From contig JBOEGF010000010.1 of the NCBI GenBank assembly GCA_050633305.1, positions 544,001-608,000 on the forward strand: DNA of 64,000 nt, written 5' to 3'. The position numbers and the translations under genes are program-made. Below, one piece after another: positions 56,982 through 64,000 of this stretch; the first letter of the stretch is position 1; each line of letters begins with the position of its first letter. Under the pieces are notes generated by a model. The model saw nothing but the letters and a program-made list of their open reading frames with translations. It did not search any database and was not told where the DNA came from. The DNA is from Nannocystales bacterium. GTDB taxonomy: Bacteria; Myxococcota_A; Polyangia; Nannocystales; Nannocystaceae.

Positions 56982-59632
56982 GTCGCCGACCTCCAGGCGG
57001 TGGTTCGGCCGGCCTCCTGGGGGACGTGGCGCCATCTCTCCAGAAGGTTGCGGGCGAACAGGAGCGCCCAGGCTTCCTCGGCGCGGTTGTGACGGAAGTG
57101 CAACCGTGTGCCGGTCATGTGGACGACCGATCTCAGGTGCTTGCACAAGCGAAGGCGATTGTCCTGCCCAAGCCACGCGCTCAGGTGGTGGGCGCGTTGT
57201 ACGAGCGCAGCGTGCATGGTCTCGTCACCGTCTCCAACTGCCGTGCTCACCAAGGCCCGACGGCGAGCTCTCCACATGTTTCCGACCGCGCGGCGGTCAT
57301 CGGTCGAGTAGCCGAACTCCGCGCAAAATGAGTCGAAAGCACGGCGGCAGAAGGCGTGCTGCGCATCGGGGGAGAGTCCCGCGTAGTCCAAGGTCTGAAG
57401 GATCGCAAGCGCGTACAAGTTGGTGCGCCGGTCGTCCATCAGCGGAAGGCCACTGCAAGCGTCGTAGAGGCTGGCCGAGTCCGCGACGAACAGCGCCTCG
57501 ACCGCCTCGATGTCCGCGGCACCGCCGTAGCGGTCCCACTCACGCACGTAGGGTTCGACCGCAAAGTGCCGAACGATTCGTTGGTCGAGCATGACGTCGA
57601 GCCGCTCCATGAGAGCGTGCATGACCGCGGGCTGCCCCGCAGGGATGCGTAGGCGTAGCTCGCTCTCGACCTCATCGGAGAGGAACACGTAGAAGAACTG
57701 GACCTCGCCGAGGCTCTCGCGAAGCTCGCGAAGGACTGTGGGCATGCGCTCCGACAGCGCGCTTACTCGAAGGGTTCGGTACGGGCCGAGCAGGGCACCG
57801 GGGGCAGGACGAGGAACTTTGGGGACCCGCAGCCGCTTGGCCACGGACCCGAACGTGACGGGGAGCAGGGCGTGGGCAGCGTGGCCCCGACCGTCAATGA
57901 CAAGGTCTACGGAGGGCAGCCGCTCGGAGACCGCGAGGCGCTGCTGCCGACGAAGCCGCTTGAAGAGGTCTCGTCGTGCCGCGCAGTCGACAGCGGGGTC
58001 AAGGGGCAGCGCGCCACTGCTCGAGTCTACGGTGACCTCGCAGTCGGCCAACCCGACCCGTTCCAGCCATGTCGGCAGCGTGTCTTCGGTGAGCTCCGCT
58101 GGTACGGGGGCCCGACGTCGACACAACACGTGCCCACCGTAGGTGATACGTGGCCGAACCGGGAGTCCCTTGAACGCTACGTCGAGAAGACTGCGACCCG
58201 GGCGTTCTGCGGTTGCAGCTCGAGACAGAAGACGAACCAGTGGGTGCAGTGCCCGGTTGGAGTCGTCGTACGGCACTGGCCGCACGATCCTCAGCTGGCG
58301 TTGCTCCTCACGGGTGCGCACCAGCAGCCTATCCCCGGTCGCGCTGACTTCGAGGTCCTCGAGACGAAGGGTCCGTTGTGAGTCGCTGGCTCGGCCGCAG
58401 TATTCCAGCGCGAGAACCCCTGGGACACGGACGTCTGCGATCTTGTCGAGTACGCCCGGACCTCGGTACGCGAGCATGACCGTCTCGGTCCCTTCCTCGT
58501 CCAACCCTGGCAGGCGCTCCGCGAGCCCCGGCAAGTCGTAGCGGCCGATCAGCTCCCGCGGGTGGGCGGAGAACAAGGCCGGGCCCACCAGGCGACCGTC
58601 GGCACTCCATCGAGTGCCGAGCAACATGACGCCCGACCACGACGATGCGGGCAAGGGGGCGTCGGTGAGGTCGATGGACGACTCGAACGCACGAGCTCGC
58701 AGCCAACGCACGAATGGCTCGTCTGCAGCGGCGACCTCGAACTCGGGGTTGTCCGCTCGCTCCAGCAGACCTTCAGCCATCCGCTCGAGTTCAGGCATGG
58801 GGAGCCACCGCCCGTCGAGGCGCTTGTCGAGCAGGCGCTGGAGGACTGGGGGCTCGGACCGTGTGCACCGCAGCAGCACCTCCGCTACCTCCTGCACATC
58901 AGCGAGGGCTGCGGGCATGCGTACCGGCCGGGCGAAGGTGGCGAACGCGTTGGTCGGCGTCTCGGTTGCATCTTGACGGGCGGTGACCTCTGCGACGGCC
59001 TCGCCGAGCGACTCTACGTTCGGCCTGGCCTCGTCGTTCCACAGTGAGCATGCACCTGGGGGCTCGAGGACCCCCATGTCGAGAAGTCGGTCGAGTAGAG
59101 CGCGAACACGATCAGCTGGAATCCCTTCTGTTTGCAGGCAAGTTTCCCACTCGATGCGAGTCCCGCCGCGCTGGCGCAGCAATGCCTCGCGAAGGCCCTT
59201 CGGTAGGCCCAGCCGTTTGGCATGGAACACGTCCGCGGCGACGTCGCGTTGGTAGACGGTGACGGCATCCGCGTGGAACACCGCGCTGGTGGAGACCGCC
59301 AGGGTTTCGGGATGCTTGCCGGGCAGCCGGGCCCCGAGCGGGTGACTGCGCTGCACTCGAACGTCGCTCAGCGACGGTTCGCCTCCGGCGGGTGTCGCGA
59401 TCGCGGCCGCGGCGAACAGGCTGCGAGGGATCGAGCGTGAGCGGGCACGGGCTTCGTACAGCGCCCGAACTGCCGGAAGCTCGCCGCGCTGGATCTGGGC
59501 GGGAAGGTCAGGGTTGGACGACGCGACCGCAATCGCCGCGAGGAACCGTTGTCGTTCGTCCTCGGGCGCGCCATCCCACGAGAAGTCGCTCGGGAACAGG
59601 GACGTTCGCAATACACACCAGTCGACGCTCAT
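56960..59632 (-). CDS. lanB: Class I lanthipeptide dehydratase (LanB-like: glutamylation + elimination domains), divergent
   Basis: VLRT, FLAAIAVAS, YEARARSRSIPRSLFA (cf. YxxRxxxRxTPFGLF), PRITYGGHVL, ELRLR, YVREWDRYGG..IEAVEALFVADS and SVVHMTGTRL. Confidence 0.8.
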   Translation of the reverse strand: MSVDWCVLRTSLFPSDFSWDGAPEDERQRFLAAIAVASSNPDLPAQIQRGELPAVRALYEARARSRSIPRSLFAAAAIATPAGGEPSLSDVRVQRSHPLGARLPGKHPETLAVSTSAVFHADAVTVYQRDVAADVFHAKRLGLPKGLREALLRQRGGTRIEWETCLQTEGIPADRVRALLDRLLDMGVLEPPGACSLWNDEARPNVESLGEAVAEVTARQDATETPTNAFATFARPVRMPAALADVQEVAEVLLRCTRSEPPVLQRLLDKRLDGRWLPMPELERMAEGLLERADNPEFEVAAADEPFVRWLRARAFESSIDLTDAPLPASSWSGVMLLGTRWSADGRLVGPALFSAHPRELIGRYDLPGLAERLPGLDEEGTETVMLAYRGPGVLDKIADVRVPGVLALEYCGRASDSQRTLRLEDLEVSATGDRLLVRTREEQRQLRIVRPVPYDDSNRALHPLVRLLSRAATAERPGRSLLDVAFKGLPVRPRITYGGHVLCRRRAPVPAELTEDTLPTWLERVGLADCEVTVDSSSGALPLDPAVDCAARRDLFKRLRRQQRLAVSERLPSVDLVIDGRGHAAHALLPVTFGSVAKRLRVPKVPRPAPGALLGPYRTLRVSALSERMPTVLRELRESLGEVQFFYVFLSDEVESELRLRIPAGQPAVMHALMERLDVMLDQRIVRHFAVEPYVREWDRYGGAADIEAVEALFVADSASLYDACSGLPLMDDRRTNLYALAILQTLDYAGLSPDAQHAFCRRAFDSFCAEFGYSTDDRRAVGNMWRARRRALVSTAVGDGDETMHAALVQRAHHLSAWLGQDNRLRLCKHLRSVVHMTGTRLHFRHNRAEEAWALLFARNLLERWRHVPQEAGRTTAWRSATCSASNP

Positions 59633-60690
59633 GATGACCTCTTCGGGTAGGGGGGGGAAGGGGGTTCTCGTGGCCGCAGCGGCGGGGGGAGGAACAGATC
59701 GAGGGCGCGGGAGGAGGGCTCCTCCGCGTGCAGCGCAGGCAAGCAGCTGGGTAGGCCAGACAAGGGCCGCAACATGTCGTGGGCGAGTCGTGACGGCACT
59801 CTCGCCCACAGACGGAGGAGGGTGTCCTCGGCCTCGGTCGCCCGGGGTCGGATCCCCGACCGCAAGAACCGGGAGACCACCATCGCCCGCCCTGCGTGGC
59901 CGCAGCAGAACCCAAGGTTCATCTCGCTCTCGTCGGCACTGGCGGCCAGTGCCTTCTGGGCGATGTCCAAGTACGCATCGCAGTCCAACCGAATGGCTGC
60001 TTCGAGATAGACCAGCGCGTGGCCAACGCTTCCGCTGCAGAGGCTGGAGGCCACCCAGGAGTGGTGGACCGGTTGCCCTTCTCGCACGGGCCAGCGCGCG
60101 CACCCGTCATCCTCGGTTCGCAGCCCTGCCAACCAGTCCAGGCCTCGGCGTACCCGATCTCCTTCGACCGGCGAGGGCTCGTTGAGCAACAGCGCGCGAA
60201 AGAGCAGACCTGCGACACCGTGGGCAAACCCCAGCGGCAAGGCCCGGCCGCTCTTTCGGCCGCGCTCGAAGTGGAGGAACTCTTGGTGAATGAAGTCAGC
60301 CCACCCAGGCGGGTCCGGGGAATCGCTGGCCAAGTACACGGGGCCGTCGTTGGCAAAGGTATCGAAGCCCAGCGCACGTGCCGGCGGTGCGAAGTCCTTG
60401 CCGTCCACGCCGCTGAGGCGTCGTTCGGCCCACCTTCGCCCACGAGTTCCGTACAGGAACGAGCCTCGAACCTCGACTGGGACGTCAGGCTCAGGTGCAT
60501 CCAGACTTCGCCAGCGGACGGCGGCTTGCCTCAGATCGAGAACGCTCGCGCCCGCGGTCTGTTCGAGGCATTGTTGCACGAACAAGAGGCCAGGCCAGCC
60601 GCTGCAGATTGTAGGGCCGCCGATCTCGGCGGTCGTCGCATTGCGACAGCGGTCGAGGACCGCCATGAAGGCGTCGGTACGGAGGTTCAT
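59629..60690 (-). CDS. lanC: Lanthionine synthetase C-like cyclase with CCG zinc motif
   Basis: SGWPGLL, FLYGTRG, LGFAHGVAG, RWP, SLCSGSVG and LGFCCGHAG LanC repeats; ATGA overlap with LanB. Confidence 0.85.
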   Translation of the reverse strand: MNLRTDAFMAVLDRCRNATTAEIGGPTICSGWPGLLFVQQCLEQTAGASVLDLRQAAVRWRSLDAPEPDVPVEVRGSFLYGTRGRRWAERRLSGVDGKDFAPPARALGFDTFANDGPVYLASDSPDPPGWADFIHQEFLHFERGRKSGRALPLGFAHGVAGLLFRALLLNEPSPVEGDRVRRGLDWLAGLRTEDDGCARWPVREGQPVHHSWVASSLCSGSVGHALVYLEAAIRLDCDAYLDIAQKALAASADESEMNLGFCCGHAGRAMVVSRFLRSGIRPRATEAEDTLLRLWARVPSRLAHDMLRPLSGLPSCLPALHAEEPSSRALDLFLPPPLRPREPPSPPYPKRSS

Positions 60691-60754
60691 CGCTTGCTCG
60701 TGAACCGGGCCGGTGGCGCAAGGGGGGACCCGCGCCACCGTCCCGAAGGACGTC

Positions 60755-60961
60755 CTACCAGTCGCCCCAGGGGTGGGTGGAGTCGGTGCAGGAGGGGTCG
60801 CCGGGCTTGCACTTCTTCGCGACGGGGGCCGGTGCCGGTGTTGCGCCGGTGTCAGCGGTGCCTCCGTTTGTTCCACCGAGCACGAGGCCAAGGTCCTCCT
60901 CGGTGATGCCGTCGATCAGGTCGTTCAGAGAGCGTTTGTCGTTGTGGGTCTTGCCAAACAT
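60755..60961 (-). CDS. lanA: Putative lanthipeptide precursor with double-glycine leader
   Basis: Leader ends ITEEDLGLVLGG; core TNGGTADTGATPAPAPVAKKCKPGDPSCTDSTHPWGDW (6 Thr, 2 Ser, 2 Cys); directly upstream of lanC on the same strand. Confidence 0.82.
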   Translation of the reverse strand: MFGKTHNDKRSLNDLIDGITEEDLGLVLGGTNGGTADTGATPAPAPVAKKCKPGDPSCTDSTHPWGDW

Positions 60962-61229
60962 CGTTGGATCTTCGCTTTCGTCGTTGTTGCTTTCGTTCGG
61001 AACGAACCCCGGGATTTCCCGGATTCATTGAGCCCTCTGCACCGAGAGCCCGGGTTCTGACGCGGACAACGGTGTTTTTTTGGATGGCGACCAGTCCCAG
61101 CCCAGTCGCGTGATCGAGGCTCTGCGCGATTGGGCCCTGGCATCGAGGCTCGGTGTGCCCCGAACCTGCAGAGACGATTCGTCGTCCGCTGGGGCAACTC
61201 CTCGGTCCCTCGATGCTACCGTTCGAGGT

Positions 61230-62411
61230 GTGAGCGACATCAGGACCTCGGCTTTCCTCGCGCATGCCTTGGTCGGGCTGATGCTGTGCGGCTGCGGCAA
61301 CGACACGGGTGCAGACGATTCCGGGCCCGGGTCCAGCTCGACGAGTGATCTGTCGGCGGGTCCGACGAGCGAGCCGGAGTCCAGTTCGACGACGCAAGAC
61401 ACGGGTCCGAGTCCCCAATCGACGACGGGTACAACCGGTGGGGGGACCGCCACGTCCGATCCCGACACGGGGAGTTCATCCGAGTCCGGGGACACCGGTG
61501 GACTCGTCGACGACGGCCCCGTGGGCTGGGCTAGCGTCGCCGGCCGGGGCGTTCGGACCACCACCGGCGGCGCCGCGGGGCGCACGGTCACGGTCACGAC
61601 GCTCGACGAACTCGAGATGTACGCGGGGGCCGAAGAGCCCTACGTCATCCAGCTCTCCGGGACGATCACCGGATCGGTTCGTGTTCGCTCGAACAAGACC
61701 CTCGAAGGCCTGCCGGGGGCCGAGCTTGTGGGTGGGCTCGCGATCATCGGGGAAGACGACGGCTTCGTCTCCAACATCATCGTCCGGGACCTGACCGTCC
61801 GCATGGACAACTGCCCCGGCGACGGGTGCAGCTCGGATGATGCCGTCACGGTCTATCGAGCGCATCACATCTGGGTCGACCATTGCGACATCAGCGATGG
61901 CGACGATGGAAACCTCGACATCACCGCGGAGTCCGACTTCGTCACGGTCTCGTGGTGTCGCTTCTCATACAGCAACGACTCCGGAGGCCACCGTTTCTCC
62001 AACCTGATCGGTGCCTCGGACGGCGCGACCGAAGACCAAGACGACCTCGCGGTCACGCTGCACCACAACTGGTGGACGGCCAATGTCTCCGAGCGCATGC
62101 CTCGGGTGCGCTTTGGCCCGGTACACGTGTTTAACAACTACTACACGCCAACCGACGCCCTGTACTGCATGCGGGCGGGCTTCGAAGCAGACCTTCGCAT
62201 CGAGAACAACTACTTCGAAGGGGTGAGCAACCCGTTCGACGCTGGCAACACGGCTCCCTCGGCGCAAGTCTTGGCGACCGGCAATGAGTTCAGCCCGATG
62301 CCGATTCCCGAGCCCGACCAGGGCGACGTCTTCGACCCGCCCTACGCGTATTCGCTGGACGCCGCCTCGGACGTTCCTGCTGTGGTCATGGCCGGCGTTG
62401 GGCCGCGATAG
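61230..62411 (+). CDS. Pectate lyase family 1 lipoprotein
   Basis: LMLCGC lipobox; TTGGAAG..VTVTT, VRSNKTLEG, NIIVR, IWVDHC, DGNLD, TLHHNWW, RMPRVR.G.VHVFNNYY and ENNYF. Confidence 0.92.
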   Translation: MSDIRTSAFLAHALVGLMLCGCGNDTGADDSGPGSSSTSDLSAGPTSEPESSSTTQDTGPSPQSTTGTTGGGTATSDPDTGSSSESGDTGGLVDDGPVGWASVAGRGVRTTTGGAAGRTVTVTTLDELEMYAGAEEPYVIQLSGTITGSVRVRSNKTLEGLPGAELVGGLAIIGEDDGFVSNIIVRDLTVRMDNCPGDGCSSDDAVTVYRAHHIWVDHCDISDGDDGNLDITAESDFVTVSWCRFSYSNDSGGHRFSNLIGASDGATEDQDDLAVTLHHNWWTANVSERMPRVRFGPVHVFNNYYTPTDALYCMRAGFEADLRIENNYFEGVSNPFDAGNTAPSAQVLATGNEFSPMPIPEPDQGDVFDPPYAYSLDAASDVPAVVMAGVGPR

Positions 62412-62498
62412 GCCACGGGACCAGAGCCCGACACAGGTGGCGTCGACGGCCTCGGGTGGATCGCCGCCCGTCGGAGAAGAGTGCCTGCCCGCGAGATG

Positions 62499-64000
62499 TC
62501 ATGGGACGCGTCGTGCGTCGAGCCACGACGCAATCGCGTCCACGTCGTCGTCGCGACTCTTCTTGGCGTAGCCGCGGCTGGAGGCCTCGGCGAGTTCGAT
62601 CGCCCGCTGACGATCTCCGTCGCTCGCCCAAAGCGCACGGGCAAGCGGCCACTGAATGTCTTCGACCTCGAGCGGGGGCTCGATCTCGAGGGCCATCCCG
62701 AGCGCGTGTTCGAGCTCTGTTGCCGCCTGGCCGGCCTCTCCCTGTTTGAGCAGAGTCTGTCCGAGCCCCAAGTGTGCCTGCACGGTGGAGTCGATGCGCA
62801 TCTTGTGTTTCTTGTAGATCGATGCGGCTCGCCGGAACCGCTTGCGGGCATCGGTGAGTTCGTCCTGAGCAAGCAACACGTTGCCGAGGAGGGTGAGGGA
62901 GTAGGCTGTCTTGGCGTTGTCCTGGCCCAGGCTTGCTTCGCGGATGCGCACCGAGTCTTCGGCATAGCCGCGCGCTTTGTCCAGGGACCCTTTCCTCAAG
63001 TGGAGCTGGACCAAGTTGTTGAGCGGGAAGCTCAGCTGGGGGTGGTCGGCCCCGAGCAGCGTCCGGTGCATCGTGTGGGCGCGTTCGACATACGCGACGG
63101 CGTCGTCGTACTGACCCTGCAACCTCGCGACTTCGCCGAGGTTGGAAAGGCATGTGGCCAGCAGGGGGTGTTGTGGCCCCAAAACCTCGGCCCAGACGTC
63201 GGCGGCCTCTTCGAAGTACGCTTGCGATTGGTCGAGGTTGCCCTGTCGTGCGACGACGGGCGCCAGGTTGTTGAGCGAGTGGCCGACGTAGAGGTTGCGC
63301 GGTCCAAGTTCGCGTCTGCGAATCTCGAGCGCCTCTTCGTGAAAGGCCTGCGCGCGCTCCAGGTCGCCGGCAATGTCGGCGAGGATGCCCACACTATTGA
63401 GATGCGAAGCGTAGGACAGTGGGCTGGTACGTCGCGAGAGCGCCTCGGAGCTGGTGGACCATGCCCAGGCGACTTCGTACTTGCCGAAGGGTTCGGCGAG
63501 GAGGCCAACGATCATCCGTGCGGCGATCGCAGCCTCGCGGTCCATCAGTCGTCCAAGGGCCAGGCTGTAGCTCCGCTCGAAGCTCGCCAACGACTGTTCG
63601 TAGTCGCCGGTACGACTCGCGGCGATGGCGAGCGAGAGGGAGGCGTGGACATGCAGTGGTTCGTAGTCGAGGGGCTCGGCTTCGGCGGCGGCCGCAGTCG
63701 CGAGCGCGAGACTCTCGTCGTAGCGCCCAAGGTCACCAAGTGCAGCCGCGCGAGCAAGCTTCTCTTCGACCAGCGCCACATGGGAAGCCAGCTCTGGGTT
63801 CTCGGGCGGCGCTTGTTCGGCCAAGAGGGCGTCCGTGTCCGCGCACCGCCCGAGCGAGGGGAGGTCCTCGGTCGCGGTGACCGCGTTGCGCAAGGTGGTG
63901 TCGTCGGTCTCGGCGAGACCATCGAGCATGGCCTGGAGCCGGACCAAACGTCCGTCGAGGCAGCCCATGCGGCGGTCGAGTAGGTCCCCCGACTGCTCGC
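62499..64000 (-). CDS. Tetratricopeptide-repeat protein, C-terminal part (probably a myxobacterial Ser/Thr kinase-TPR protein); 5' end outside the window
   Basis: Repeated AL.I....LG..HP..A..LNNL TPR units; (R)MGCLDGR...CAD region seen in Nannocystaceae kinase-TPR proteins; frame open to the window end. Confidence 0.85.
   Translation of the reverse strand, partial: EQSGDLLDRRMGCLDGRLVRLQAMLDGLAETDDTTLRNAVTATEDLPSLGRCADTDALLAEQAPPENPELASHVALVEEKLARAAALGDLGRYDESLALATAAAAEAEPLDYEPLHVHASLSLAIAASRTGDYEQSLASFERSYSLALGRLMDREAAIAARMIVGLLAEPFGKYEVAWAWSTSSEALSRRTSPLSYASHLNSVGILADIAGDLERAQAFHEEALEIRRRELGPRNLYVGHSLNNLAPVVARQGNLDQSQAYFEEAADVWAEVLGPQHPLLATCLSNLGEVARLQGQYDDAVAYVERAHTMHRTLLGADHPQLSFPLNNLVQLHLRKGSLDKARGYAEDSVRIREASLGQDNAKTAYSLTLLGNVLLAQDELTDARKRFRRAASIYKKHKMRIDSTVQAHLGLGQTLLKQGEAGQAATELEHALGMALEIEPPLEVEDIQWPLARALWASDGDRQRAIELAEASSRGYAKKSRDDDVDAIASWLDARRVP

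Overview
High-GC bacterial DNA (roughly two-thirds G+C by eye). It is most likely a myxobacterium (Myxococcota, Nannocystaceae-like), judged from several MYXO-CTERM sorting signals, many Ser/Thr/Gly-rich lipoproteins, a TPR-rich kinase-type tail and a plesiocin-type precursor. I recognised no rRNA, tRNA, CRISPR array or transposase. The window has four parts. (1) 1-8.6 kb: sigma-factor tail, sigma54 activator, large HTTM membrane protein, an ECF-sigma/Ser-Thr-kinase fusion and an MscS-like channel. (2) 8.7-19.9 kb: an apparently iron-regulated envelope redox island with four related Fur-box-like operators. It holds a poly-Asp/poly-Glu lipoprotein, a CysJ-like diflavin reductase, DUF4266/DUF2271/DUF3570/TlpA genes, two putative c-type cytochromes, a di-heme oxidoreductase and an RCC1 lipoprotein. 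(3) 20-43.7 kb: aminotransferase, S46 peptidase, secreted proteases and lyases, an ECF/FecR pair, AKR/AraC and a GT-C transferase. Two ORFs here carry an internal MYXO-CTERM followed directly by a second lipoprotein signal and a second domain. (4) 44.2-61 kb: a RiPP super-cluster made of a plesiocin-type graspetide system and an unusual class I lanthipeptide-like system (double-glycine precursor, CCG-type LanC, divergent LanB, HExxH enzyme). Each system has its own paralogous HlyD-PCAT-MFP export triad, and both precursors share an EDLGxVxGG leader. The lanthipeptide/HExxH cluster and the internal MYXO-CTERM polyprotein layout are the best candidates for undescribed systems. All assignments come from motif recognition by eye; no database searches were run.
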